Shown here: one piece after another, positions 9,061 to 18,850 of the stretch
How the letters are laid out: every line of letters starts with the position of its first letter
How positions within the stretch are numbered: position 1 is the first letter of the stretch
Virus record (IMG/VR): IMGVR_UViG_3300030102_007485
Span: 13,880-77,879 of that record
DNA: 64,000 nucleotides
Source: a virus
Strand: one strand, 5' to 3'
Notes under the pieces: generated by a model
What the model was told of the DNA's origin: nothing
Database searches by the model: none
Seen by the model: only the letters and a program-made list of their open reading frames with translations
Position numbers and translations under genes: made by a program

Positions 9061-9861
9061 ATGAAGTTATTGATGGAACAGTGGAGAGTGTACCAAGAAC
9101 AGGTAAAGGAAGACGATAAATTTAATCACCTTCTTACAGAAATATTAAATTCAAAAGAGGAAAAACAGATTGATGCTTTGATCTCCGAGTGGATTAGCGA
9201 GCAAGAGCAAATTTTAAATGAAATTGATTTTAAAGGCGCAATTGCGAAGGGTATGGAGTTTATAAGTAGAAAAGTCAACGAGGTGCTTTTAAGAGTGTAC
9301 TTTAAGGCGGTTGATATTGTGGGCAACAGGATATCTGCCATAGGGCAAAAACATCCTGTACTTGCAAGGGTTGGTACAGTTGCGCTGATAACTGTCTGTA
9401 TGTTGTGTGCTTCCGCTATCGCAAACACTGCAATGGCATCTGGTGCAGAAGGAAACCCAGAACTCGACAAATATGTAGACATGTTACAGGGAATTATGAC
9501 CGATAAGATAACTGACCTAGGACAGTACGGCGCTCAAGATTTGTTAAAAGATAGTGATCCAGAGATAAAGGCAAAATTGGCAGATGCGATAAACCACTTG
9601 GAAGGAATGAAGGGGTCTCTAAACAGTCTTGCTGATTTGAAAAAGGTTGACGGTGAAATTGGAAAGACAATAAAGACCACCAGTGATTGGATGGTGGACC
9701 TCTATCAGAATCCGCCAGAGGGTATGGATCGAGATTCTGTTAAGACCGCGTTGGAAAACTGGCAACGAGTAGGTGAGCAAATCGAACAGGTTCATTACGA
9801 ATATAGCGAATACACTTCCGGTGGTACCACTCGTTCATCTGAAAAGTTCAAGAGCAACTAG
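9061..9861 (+). CDS. Hypothetical protein with MKLLMEQWRVY N-terminus and internal hydrophobic helix
   Basis: SD GGGAG; CTAATTA at 9018; VGTVALITVCMLCASAIA hydrophobic segment. Confidence 0.7.
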   Translation: MKLLMEQWRVYQEQVKEDDKFNHLLTEILNSKEEKQIDALISEWISEQEQILNEIDFKGAIAKGMEFISRKVNEVLLRVYFKAVDIVGNRISAIGQKHPVLARVGTVALITVCMLCASAIANTAMASGAEGNPELDKYVDMLQGIMTDKITDLGQYGAQDLLKDSDPEIKAKLADAINHLEGMKGSLNSLADLKKVDGEIGKTIKTTSDWMVDLYQNPPEGMDRDSVKTALENWQRVGEQIEQVHYEYSEYTSGGTTRSSEKFKSN

Positions 9862-9876
9862 GGGGTGTGGTGGTTA

Positions 9877-10311
9877 ATGAGGTGGACAAGATACATTTTG
9901 CTTTTTTTTATGTTTGCTTGTGCATCTTCAACACAACCAAAGGAAAGCGGAAACACCGAACTTATAGTGACATATGAAGGTCGAGAGGTTCACCGATCTG
10001 GGTCTAGATACAATAGTATGCAAGACTTGTCAAATGCGATAAATTATTCTTCTTCTGAGGTGTACATAATATTTGGTGCAAAGTGGTGCGAAAGTTGCAC
10101 CCTTTTATACAAAGCGCTTGAGCAGTCGGGACACTTGGAAAAAGTTTTGATCCTAAATGTTGATGAACCCTGGGTTGCAAAGTTGGCATCCGCAGGTGGT
10201 GTCAAGGCGGTGCCAACCATGTTTGTAGTGGGGTCAGACGGAAAACCTATTGCAATAAAGGGCGGCGCATCACAGATTGTACTTTATCTAGTGATAAACC
10301 TAAAAGTGTAA
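9877..10311 (+). CDS. Thioredoxin-fold lipoprotein
   Basis: Lipobox-like LLFFMFAC; FGAKWCESC active-site motif; AVPT cis-Pro motif. Confidence 0.8.
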   Translation: MRWTRYILLFFMFACASSTQPKESGNTELIVTYEGREVHRSGSRYNSMQDLSNAINYSSSEVYIIFGAKWCESCTLLYKALEQSGHLEKVLILNVDEPWVAKLASAGGVKAVPTMFVVGSDGKPIAIKGGASQIVLYLVINLKV

Positions 10312-10820
10312 TGGACTTTGCTATTTTACCACACATCATATGTCTCACCATGGCATCTCCAGAATTTCATTTAAATAAATCTAAACAAGATTTGGTCTGT
10401 AAGTTTGCAAACCAAATTGTTGATCAATCCATAGAGAATGGGATTGATCCGACCTTAACTGTGGCACTAATATATATTGAAAGTGGTTGGGATAAGGACG
10501 CGGTCAGTCATGCAGGTGCTTGTGGTTTATCACAGGTTATCCCCAAATATACTGGGAGCAAGTTGACAAAAACCAAAAGATACACTTGTGAGCAACTAAA
10601 GAATCCAAAAAATTCTATTAGTGCAGGAATAAAGACACTCAGGTATTGGGTTCATGAGTATGGCAAGGGCAGGGTTCGAGTTGGTTTATGTGGGTACTCA
10701 TCAGGATTTAGGTGCAAGGGTAAGGGAAAATTAAAAAGGGGTTATCGATATGCAAAAAAAGTTCTTAAGGTTAAAAGCAAAATAGACAGGGCATACAAAA
10801 ATCGCTTAAAAATACCATAA
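10311..10820 (+). CDS. SLT-family lytic transglycosylase
   Basis: ALIYIESGW, AVSHAGACGLSQV, NPKNSISAG. Confidence 0.88.
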   Translation: MDFAILPHIICLTMASPEFHLNKSKQDLVCKFANQIVDQSIENGIDPTLTVALIYIESGWDKDAVSHAGACGLSQVIPKYTGSKLTKTKRYTCEQLKNPKNSISAGIKTLRYWVHEYGKGRVRVGLCGYSSGFRCKGKGKLKRGYRYAKKVLKVKSKIDRAYKNRLKIP

Positions 10821-10840
10821 TTTTGTAATAAGATTCTAGT

Positions 10841-11014
10841 ATGAGAAAATTTGATATAACAATAAAAAATAAAACAACTTTAGAAAAGAAAAACTTTTTT
10901 GAGCAATATTATACATTTGCTGAAGCATTCAGGTTTGCTTTTCTGCAGTGTCACAATGGAATGTCCCGTGAGTGGGAAATAATGTCGATTAAACAAGCGG
11001 AGATTGCTCAATGA
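10841..11014 (+). CDS. Small hypothetical protein, 57 aa (MRKFDITIKNK...), not in ORF track
   Basis: Hand translation; ATGA overlap with clpP start; TAAGAT -10-like hexamer 6 nt upstream. Confidence 0.65.
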   Translation: MRKFDITIKNKTTLEKKNFFEQYYTFAEAFRFAFLQCHNGMSREWEIMSIKQAEIAQ

Positions 11015-11655
11015 AGGATCATTTTTGGGGAAATGAAACAGAAGAGATATCCGAGGAGAAAAAAATGACTCCTCACGAGTATGCCTCGGAATCTAAAACA
11101 GGTCATGCAGCAACAGACAATGACCAAGTCGAATTTAGTCACAATAGAATATATTTTTACTCTGCTGTGACTAGACCAAAAATATTAAAGTTAAACAAAG
11201 GCATTTTTAATATGAATGTTAATCTAACTTCACGAACAACTATGATGGATTACCAACCACCCCCAATCAAGTTGCATATAAATAGTTATGGGGGGTCTGT
11301 GTTCGCTGGACTCTCTGCTGTTGATTATATCAAGAATTCAAAAATACCAATACATAGTGTTATTGATGGTTGCGCTGCATCTGCTGCCACTCTAATGTCA
11401 GTTGTTGCTGATAGGAGATATATGCACAAAAATGCCTGCATGTTGGTCCACGAATTGTCAGGATTGATGTGGGGTAAATTCAAAGACATGAAGGATGACA
11501 TGGAGAACTCAAGCATGTTGATGGATAAGATTCGAAAAATATACAAGGAGCACACAAAGATACCAAAAAATGAGTTGGAGAAGATTCTGCAACATGACAT
11601 TTGGTGGGAAGCAGATAAGTGCCTAGAGTATGGATTGGTGGATGAGATAATATGA
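11011..11655 (+). CDS. clpP: ClpP-family protease
   Basis: LHINSYGGSV, GCAASAAT (Ser), MLVHE (His), HDIWWEADKCLEYGLVDEI. Confidence 0.9.
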   Translation: MKDHFWGNETEEISEEKKMTPHEYASESKTGHAATDNDQVEFSHNRIYFYSAVTRPKILKLNKGIFNMNVNLTSRTTMMDYQPPPIKLHINSYGGSVFAGLSAVDYIKNSKIPIHSVIDGCAASAATLMSVVADRRYMHKNACMLVHELSGLMWGKFKDMKDDMENSSMLMDKIRKIYKEHTKIPKNELEKILQHDIWWEADKCLEYGLVDEII

Positions 11656-11981
11656 CAACAAAAAAACCCGCAACAAGAAAAAGGGCGACCACAAAAAGTC
11701 GTAAAACAAAAAATAAAGAAATAGATTTTGACACAGCAAAAGAGATCGTAACCACTGTGTTAAAAAGCAGAGAAGAGTTTCTTGGAATAAATTGGAACAA
11801 CTTTAGAAAGATTGACGACCTATATCAGACTACTATGGAAAAGATGTCACTGGACGCGTTAATCACCTTATTGGAGCATCCAGATGTAAAAAATGTGTAC
11901 TTCCACCCTTCCGTTGCCCCGCCAGGTTCAGGCGTTGATGGTATTGCACTTAGGTACAGGGTTTATTTTGAGTTTAATTGA
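11652..11981 (+). CDS. Hypothetical protein with basic N-terminus
   Basis: ATGA overlap with clpP. Confidence 0.6.
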   Translation: MTTKKPATRKRATTKSRKTKNKEIDFDTAKEIVTTVLKSREEFLGINWNNFRKIDDLYQTTMEKMSLDALITLLEHPDVKNVYFHPSVAPPGSGVDGIALRYRVYFEFN

Positions 11982-12718
11982 TTGATCACTCGTCTTCCTT
12001 CTTCTAGGAATTCTACTAGATCTTCGTGCCTAACCGAAAGAGTCACATGATGAAAGTTGCGAACAGAAGCAAAAACTATGCCTATCAGTTCATAATCTTC
12101 ATTAAAGATCCCACTTCCAGAGGAACCTCCAATAGCAGGAATACTGTACAGGTCTGAGTTCACGTCCTCCGCATGTCCAGAGTATATGCCATGTAATATG
12201 GGCACTGCAGGAAGGTGTGTAACTCCTCCCGGCGCTGCAATATTGTAACTTTGATCTCCCACGGTGGGTTTTTTGCCAACCTTAACGGCGTCCGCATCAA
12301 TTTTTATTTTTGTTGCCATTAGGCATATATCTTTTTTTTCTAAAAGCGGATTTGTAGAAATTATTATCACTGACTCTATAAACCTTTTTTCATGGTCTAT
12401 GACAAAAACTGAAGATTTTAATATTTCTACATTTCTTTTGACGTCGTCGTCAATTAGGACCTGACAGACATGCGCCGCCGTAAGAATTAGAGTGTTTTTC
12501 TTGGTGTGACCAACGATGATCCCAGACCCAGTTGAAAAATACTTGCCTGGTGTACAGTTTGAGTTTTTTCTGCATTTCACAACCTCCACTTGTTTGATGA
12601 TCTTTACAAAAGATGTCATTGGTGGTTTTGCCTTATTTCTTACGGATGTGGTGATACAAGAGGTTAATCCAAATAGGCAACAAATACCTATTAATTTAAT
12701 GATCATAACTTTACCCAT
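11963..12718 (-). CDS. Trypsin-like serine protease, probable lipoprotein
   Basis: LTAAHVC, DICLM, GGSSGSGIF triad motifs; LTSC lipobox. Confidence 0.88.
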   Translation of the reverse strand: MGKVMIIKLIGICCLFGLTSCITTSVRNKAKPPMTSFVKIIKQVEVVKCRKNSNCTPGKYFSTGSGIIVGHTKKNTLILTAAHVCQVLIDDDVKRNVEILKSSVFVIDHEKRFIESVIIISTNPLLEKKDICLMATKIKIDADAVKVGKKPTVGDQSYNIAAPGGVTHLPAVPILHGIYSGHAEDVNSDLYSIPAIGGSSGSGIFNEDYELIGIVFASVRNFHHVTLSVRHEDLVEFLEEGRRVINQLNSK

Positions 12719-12766
12719 ATACTAAGTATATTATAAAAATTAAATTTTATTTAGGAGAATTAGACA

Positions 12767-12997
12767 ATGATAAATCCAGTAATGTTTTTATCCCTATGTG
12801 TGTTTGGCACACTACCACATCAGGCGTTAGTGCAATCCCCCAATCCTCACCAGAGGCAGAACGAGGTTGACGACTTGTTTTACAAAAGAAACAATTATAA
12901 GATTCTTACAGATGAGCAAAAAAGGAACAATTTTGTCAACATTGAGTACACCGCTTTGCCAACCAATTGGAAAAAACAACGCGTTACTTCTAATTAA
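12767..12997 (+). CDS. Small hypothetical protein with signal-like N-terminus
   Basis: SD AGGAG. Confidence 0.55.
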   Translation: MINPVMFLSLCVFGTLPHQALVQSPNPHQRQNEVDDLFYKRNNYKILTDEQKRNNFVNIEYTALPTNWKKQRVTSN

Positions 12998-13018
12998 AGA
13001 AGAACACTAGGAGAAGTT

Positions 13019-14329
13019 TTGGCAAAGAAAAATTACGTTCTAGACACCAGCGTGTGTTTGACAGATTCACAATCAATTTATAATTTTAAAAACAATGACA
13101 TCGTCATACCTTTAAAGGTTTTGGACGAAATAGATAACCACAAAAAAAGACAAGATTCCGTCGGCGTCCAGGCAAGAAACATTATACGCATATTGGACCA
13201 ACTAAGGGATAGGGGCAATCTATTTCGAGGGGTTCGAATAGAGAAGGGCAAAGGAATGTTGATTGTAAAAAAGTACAACCCGTTTGTACTCCCCGATGAT
13301 CTAGATTTGGACGACCCAGATAACCAAATTATTGCAACTGCGCTCACTAGTCAAGACGAGAATAAAAAAAGAAAAGTCATAATGATATCTAGGGATATAA
13401 ATATGAGAGTCAAGTGTGATGCTCTGGGTATTGAGTCCATGGATTATGATCTGGAACAGGTGGTAGAAGATCCAGACGTCTTGTTTGCAGGTAGTTCTTC
13501 CTTGCAGGTTTCAGATAGTAGGGTGGACGAATTTTATTCTAGTTCTACAAGTATTAGTAAAAAAGACGGAAAATTTTACCCAAATCAGTTTATAATGTTA
13601 ACATCGGATGAGAGCGAAAAGAAGACAGCACTTTCAAAGTTTAGGGACTATGACACTCCTTTGGAAAAGGTTGCCACTATTAAGTCAACGGTTTGGGGCG
13701 TCCGAGGTAGAAACAGAGAACAAGTGTACGCACTGGATCTTCTGATGGATGATACCATCCCAGTTGTAACGCTAGTTGGGCAAGCAGGGTCTGGGAAAAC
13801 TCTTCTTGCTCTTTGTGCAGGATTAGAACAAACGTTTGGTGCAGATCCCAAGTATAAAAAGATAGTTGTAACTAAACCAATACAACCCGTTGGAAAGGAA
13901 ATAGGATTTTTACCTGGAACCATGGAAGAAAAAATGTTGCCTTGGTTGGCACCCATACAAGATAACTTGCAATACTTGTTTGGAAACGACAAGATGACTC
14001 TTGACATGTATGTTGATGAGGGTAAGATTGAAGTCGAAGCGATGACATTTATTCGAGGGCGATCAATAGCAAATGCGTACATTATAGTAGACGAAGTTCA
14101 GAACATGACTCAACACGAGATAAAGACAATCCTCACCCGCGTTGGCGAGGGTACCAAAGTGATTTTAACTGGCGACATAGATCAAATAGATAACGTGTAC
14201 ATTGATGCAACCAATAATGGACTTACCTATGTGGTAGAGAGGTTTAAAGACCAGTCCATAAGTGGTCACATAACTTTGAAAAAGGGAGAGAGGTCTGATG
14301 TGGCAACTATTGCTGCTAAGATTTTGTAG
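13019..14329 (+). CDS. phoH: PIN-PhoH fusion protein
   Basis: PIN domain YVLDTSV...DNQII...SRDINMR; GQAGSGKT, IGFLPG, RGRSI, DEVQN, GDIDQID. Confidence 0.93.
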   Translation: MAKKNYVLDTSVCLTDSQSIYNFKNNDIVIPLKVLDEIDNHKKRQDSVGVQARNIIRILDQLRDRGNLFRGVRIEKGKGMLIVKKYNPFVLPDDLDLDDPDNQIIATALTSQDENKKRKVIMISRDINMRVKCDALGIESMDYDLEQVVEDPDVLFAGSSSLQVSDSRVDEFYSSSTSISKKDGKFYPNQFIMLTSDESEKKTALSKFRDYDTPLEKVATIKSTVWGVRGRNREQVYALDLLMDDTIPVVTLVGQAGSGKTLLALCAGLEQTFGADPKYKKIVVTKPIQPVGKEIGFLPGTMEEKMLPWLAPIQDNLQYLFGNDKMTLDMYVDEGKIEVEAMTFIRGRSIANAYIIVDEVQNMTQHEIKTILTRVGEGTKVILTGDIDQIDNVYIDATNNGLTYVVERFKDQSISGHITLKKGERSDVATIAAKIL

Positions 14330-14337
14330 ATTAGATT

Positions 14338-14625
14338 ATGAAAGTTTACTTTAAAGAGGGGGAAGGATTGATCAAAGAGGAGAGCACTAGAGTCTCTACA
14401 GAACTAAAGGATATTTTGGTACAGTATGTTGGCAACAAGGTTTGTACCAATGGAGACACGGTCACAGTCGAAGACATAGTGGAGGTAGTGGCGGACGAGT
14501 TTCCAGAATTCCTGATGGTTGTGGCAGAAGAGAATTGGATTAGAGGATACACCCAGGCACTACAGGACAAGAAAAGCGTTTATAACGCAAGCAAGGTAAA
14601 TGATGAGAAAGGTGATAAAGAGTAG
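14338..14625 (+). CDS. Hypothetical protein
   Basis: ORF within operon. Confidence 0.65.
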   Translation: MKVYFKEGEGLIKEESTRVSTELKDILVQYVGNKVCTNGDTVTVEDIVEVVADEFPEFLMVVAEENWIRGYTQALQDKKSVYNASKVNDEKGDKE

Positions 14626-15268
14626 GGAAAGGAATAGATCGAATTTTATGTTCGATGGAATACAAATTAGCATCAAGGATGCCCTCCCAAAAGAAGTCAA
14701 TTTAAGAAAGGTACTCACCGCCGTCAAAAGTGTAGTACCAAATAAATATTTTAGGTACATAGATGCCATCTACATTGGTCAATTTGAGATGCTAAGAAAG
14801 AATGATTTCAGCGCTGTTTACGACCAGGGGGCAATATTTCTTAGCAATAAACAAGTTTCTGAGGTTGACACCGTGTCTCACATGGTTCATGAGTTCGCTC
14901 ATGCTGTTGAGCAAAATAACGCTTCCCTTGTCTACACGGATGGTGCTATAGAAAGAGAATTTATTTCGAAAAGAGAGCGGGTCCATTCTTTGCTCTCTTC
15001 AGAGGGTTTTGGTATTTCATTATCGTCCTTTTACGATGTGGAGTATAATCCTCAACTTGATGATGTTCTTTATAATGACATTGGGTATCCAATGTTGGCA
15101 ATGTTGACAACAAATATTTTCTACTCTCCTTACGCGATCACTTCGATTAATGAATATTTCGCAAATACGTTTGAGGTGTTTTATAACAAGAGGGATGTAG
15201 GGTTTGTTAAAAAGGTATGTCCTGAAGTGTATTATAAAATAATTGAACTGGAGAACAACAATGACTGA
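14600..15268 (+). CDS. Zincin-like metallopeptidase
   Basis: VHEFAH and distal NEYFA third-ligand motif. Confidence 0.7.
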   Translation: MMRKVIKSRERNRSNFMFDGIQISIKDALPKEVNLRKVLTAVKSVVPNKYFRYIDAIYIGQFEMLRKNDFSAVYDQGAIFLSNKQVSEVDTVSHMVHEFAHAVEQNNASLVYTDGAIEREFISKRERVHSLLSSEGFGISLSSFYDVEYNPQLDDVLYNDIGYPMLAMLTTNIFYSPYAITSINEYFANTFEVFYNKRDVGFVKKVCPEVYYKIIELENNND

Positions 15269-15569
15269 TAGAGTTACTTATAAAATAAATGAATGTGATT
15301 CAAAAATTGAATTGCTAGTTGAGATTGCACCCCGATTTGTGGCGAAAGAGGATGTAACAACTGTTAGCACGGAAAGTGTTTTGAAAATTTTGCTTGACAA
15401 AAACTTAAAATATGATACAATATTATCGTGTCCTGCTGTGAGTTTGTGCAACAAAAACAAAGGGTCACTAACACATGGTAAGTGGGTTTTTTCTAAAAAG
15501 AAGGAGCAAAGTGAACCAACAAAACCAAAACCAAGAAGATCAAGAAAAACTACCAAGACCAAAGATTAG
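15261..15569 (+). CDS. Hypothetical protein (start 15261)
   Basis: SD GGAG upstream. Confidence 0.55.
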   Translation: MTDRVTYKINECDSKIELLVEIAPRFVAKEDVTTVSTESVLKILLDKNLKYDTILSCPAVSLCNKNKGSLTHGKWVFSKKKEQSEPTKPKPRRSRKTTKTKD

Positions 15570-16338
15570 TTATTCTGAGTTTAAAACATTCCAAGATTGT
15601 GCCTTTAAACACAAACTTCAATACATTGAGCAGGTTGCAAAGTTTGAGGGCAATGAATACACTGCTTTCGGCACTGCTATGCACCATGTTTGTGAGAATG
15701 TTGTAGAAAACAACAACCTCACAAAAGACCAACTTCATGAAATTTTTATGCAAAAATTAGTGGAAGAGGTGACTCTTTTAAAAGAAAAGTCTATAGAATT
15801 CAACAAAAAAACCTTGCTAGAGATGAAAGATCAGGGTGTAAGCATGTTGACGGACATTTTACCATCCCTTCAGGAGTACTTTGGCGAATTTGAAGTTGTA
15901 TCTGTCGAAGAGGAGATGTATGAGAATATGTCTTTGATAGATATGGTTAAGACTAACTTTAAAGGATTTATAGATCTTGTAATAAAAACAACTGATGGCA
16001 AATATCATATAATTGACTGGAAGACGTGCTCGTGGGGTTGGAATATGAAAAAGAGATCTGACCCCTTGGTCAACTATCAGTTAACTTATTATAAGGTGTT
16101 CTTTTCACAAAAGCATAGCATACCACTTTCCGCCATTGAAACACATTTTGCGTTATTGAAGCGAACTGCAAAAAAAGATAGAGTTGAGATTTTTCGTGTC
16201 ACGAGTGGAGAAAGAAAAATAAATAATTCCTTAAAACTTTTGCAGAAAACTGTTAAAAGTATTAATAACGGAGTTTCTTTCAAGAATAGGATGTCTTGCA
16301 AGTATTGCAACTTCTATAAAACTGAACATTGTACATAG
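15511..16338 (+). CDS. PD-(D/E)XK exonuclease, Cas4/AddB-like with four-Cys Fe-S staple (GTG start 15511)
   Basis: ISYS...QDC, GTAMH, GFIDL, IIDWKT, QLTYY, CKYCNFYKTEHC; SD AAGGAG. Confidence 0.88.
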   Translation: MNQQNQNQEDQEKLPRPKISYSEFKTFQDCAFKHKLQYIEQVAKFEGNEYTAFGTAMHHVCENVVENNNLTKDQLHEIFMQKLVEEVTLLKEKSIEFNKKTLLEMKDQGVSMLTDILPSLQEYFGEFEVVSVEEEMYENMSLIDMVKTNFKGFIDLVIKTTDGKYHIIDWKTCSWGWNMKKRSDPLVNYQLTYYKVFFSQKHSIPLSAIETHFALLKRTAKKDRVEIFRVTSGERKINNSLKLLQKTVKSINNGVSFKNRMSCKYCNFYKTEHCT

Positions 16339-16346
16339 GAATTTAA

Positions 16347-17579
16347 ATGACAGAAAAAATAAAAATTATGACTATATCTGACTCGCCTTTTGCCCCCTCC
16401 GGAGTCGGAACTCAAACAAGATACATGATCGAAGCACTTTTAAAGACAGGTAAGTTTTCTGTTTTTTCAATCGCAGGAGCAATTCAGCACGCAGATTATA
16501 GACTGATAAAAACAGATGAGTATGGTGAGGATTGGATAACTCAACCCATTGATGGGTATGGAAACCCTGAAGTCATAAGGTCTATGGTGATGAATAAGAA
16601 ACCAGATATCCTATGGTTTATGACTGATCCAAGATTCTATGAATGGTTGTGGAATATGGACTCAGAAATTAGAAAAAACGTTCCTATGGTTTATTATCAT
16701 GTTTGGGACAACTATCCATATCCAACTTTTAATAGGAAGTGGTATCTTTCTAATGACTTTGTTGCAACAATCAGCAAAGTCACAGATGATATTGTAAAGA
16801 CCGTTGCACCAGAGGTGGAATCTCTTTATGTGCCTCATGCAGTTGAGTCTGAGGTTTTTTCAAAAAAAGATGTGCCAAAAAGAGAGGGGTTGAAAGATAA
16901 GTTTGTCTTCTTTTGGAATAATAGGAATGCTAGGCGTAAACAGTCGGGTACTTTGATTTTCTGGTTTAAGGAGTTCCTTGATAAGGTTGGGCATGACAAG
17001 GCATCACTGATCATGCACACGGAACCAAATGATCAGCATGGGCAGGATTTAATTGCAATATTGGAAGAACTGGATTTAACAGACGGTCAGGTCTTGTTAT
17101 CGACTCAAAAAATGCCATTAGAGCAGTTGGCAGGTCTTTACAACATGGCAGACTGCACTATAAACATTTCTGATGCTGAAGGGTTCGGATTGGCAACACT
17201 AGAGTCTTTGTCTTGTGAAACGCCAATTATAGTTACGATGACAGGTGGATTACAAGAACAGGTAACCGATGGAGAAGAGTGGTTTGGTGTCGGAATAAAT
17301 CCAACAGCAAAGGCGATCATCGGTTCTCAGCAGGTGCCATGGATATATGAAGATAGGATTTGCAAAGAGGACTTCCTAGCAGCGTTAGAAAGGATGTACA
17401 ACATGTCAGACGAAGATCGTGCGACGATGGGAAGGAAGGGCAGAGAGCACGTAGAAAAGAATTATTCCTTCCCTCAGTATGAGTCTAAGTGGGTTGACCT
17501 TCTTGAGGACTTACATCAAAGACATGGATCTTGGGAAACTAGAAAGAATTATCAAACTTGGGAGTTGACAGAATTATGA
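16347..17579 (+). CDS. GT4 (GT-B) glycosyltransferase
   Basis: NRNARRK, SDAEGFGLATLES. Confidence 0.9.
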   Translation: MTEKIKIMTISDSPFAPSGVGTQTRYMIEALLKTGKFSVFSIAGAIQHADYRLIKTDEYGEDWITQPIDGYGNPEVIRSMVMNKKPDILWFMTDPRFYEWLWNMDSEIRKNVPMVYYHVWDNYPYPTFNRKWYLSNDFVATISKVTDDIVKTVAPEVESLYVPHAVESEVFSKKDVPKREGLKDKFVFFWNNRNARRKQSGTLIFWFKEFLDKVGHDKASLIMHTEPNDQHGQDLIAILEELDLTDGQVLLSTQKMPLEQLAGLYNMADCTINISDAEGFGLATLESLSCETPIIVTMTGGLQEQVTDGEEWFGVGINPTAKAIIGSQQVPWIYEDRICKEDFLAALERMYNMSDEDRATMGRKGREHVEKNYSFPQYESKWVDLLEDLHQRHGSWETRKNYQTWELTEL

Positions 17580-18850
17580 AAATACTATTAGAGGCACCAA
17601 TCTTAACTCAATCTGGGTATGGAGAGCACGCAAGGTTTGTTTTTCGCGCACTTGAGCAAATTCCAGGTATAGACGTATACATTAATCCTCTGTCGTGGGG
17701 AACAACTAGTTGGGTTTCCGACGCTAACTCTGAGAGAGGGGCAATCGATGAAAACATAAGAAAGAATGTTTTGTATGTTCAAAATTGTAAAAATGCGTCT
17801 GTAGAACCTCAATATGATGTGCAGATTCATGTTGGCATTCCAAATGAATTTCAAAAAAAGGCAAAATATTCAGTTTGTGTTACTGCTGGAATTGAAACGG
17901 ACAAGGTTCACCCCAAGTGGATTGCAAACATTGCGTCTGGCATAGACAAAATAATTGTGCCATCTGAACATGCAAAGTCTGGGTTTGTGAGCACTGAATA
18001 TCAGTTTCAGCAGCAGGATGGTCAGGCGATCACTTTAGGTTGCCGAGCACCTGTCGAGGTTGTTCCTTATCCCGTTAAGGATTTGAAATCAGACCCAATA
18101 GACGTTCAGTTTGAGCATGATTTTAATTTCTTGACGGTTGCTATGTGGGGCAAGAGAAAGAACTTAGAAAACACAATAAAATGGTTTGTTGAGGAGTTTA
18201 GGGAGGAAGAGGTTGGACTGATCCTGAAAACCAACCTATCTAGAAACTCGACACCAGATAGAGAGTTGTCTAAGGCATCTATATCAAGCATCTTGTCGAA
18301 TATGGGAGAAAGAAAGTGCAAGGTGTACCTATTGCATGGAGAACTCTCTGAGGAGCAACTACATTCCTTATATGAACACCCCAAGGTCAAAGCATATGTC
18401 ACAGCAACGCATGGGGAGGGTTTTGGTCTTCCTCTTTTTGAGGCGGCATATTCAGGACTGCCGATTGTTGCGACGGATTGGAGCGGTCACTTGGACTTTT
18501 TAACCGCAGAAGTCAAGGACAAGAAATCAAAAAAGTTAAAATTAAAAAAACTTTTTGCCAAAGTAGATTATAATCTAGATAACGTGCCACAAGACGTAGT
18601 TTGGGAAAACATCATATATCAAGATTCCAAGTGGGCGTTTCCGAAAGAAAAGTCTTTTAAAGATCAGATTAGAAAGTGCTATAAGCAATATGGTGTTTAT
18701 AAGTCGTTTGCTAAGACCTTAAAAGAGTCCGTAGTGGAAGAGTATGAGTATTCAAAGGTGTTGGAGCAAATGAAGACCGCACTTATTCCCGCCGAGATGC
18801 TTCCAGACCCTGCTTGGGCAGACGCTTTATCGTCAATAGAGATATTGTGA
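17576..18850 (+). CDS. GT4 glycosyltransferase (start 17576)
   Basis: SGYGEHAR, RKNL, HGEGFGLPLFEA. Confidence 0.9.
   Translation: MKILLEAPILTQSGYGEHARFVFRALEQIPGIDVYINPLSWGTTSWVSDANSERGAIDENIRKNVLYVQNCKNASVEPQYDVQIHVGIPNEFQKKAKYSVCVTAGIETDKVHPKWIANIASGIDKIIVPSEHAKSGFVSTEYQFQQQDGQAITLGCRAPVEVVPYPVKDLKSDPIDVQFEHDFNFLTVAMWGKRKNLENTIKWFVEEFREEEVGLILKTNLSRNSTPDRELSKASISSILSNMGERKCKVYLLHGELSEEQLHSLYEHPKVKAYVTATHGEGFGLPLFEAAYSGLPIVATDWSGHLDFLTAEVKDKKSKKLKLKKLFAKVDYNLDNVPQDVVWENIIYQDSKWAFPKEKSFKDQIRKCYKQYGVYKSFAKTLKESVVEEYEYSKVLEQMKTALIPAEMLPDPAWADALSSIEIL

Noticed and set aside
15511-16338. CRISPR-Cas system suggested by the Cas4-like nuclease
   Set aside because: No repeat-spacer array or other cas genes; solo Cas4-like nucleases are common in phages
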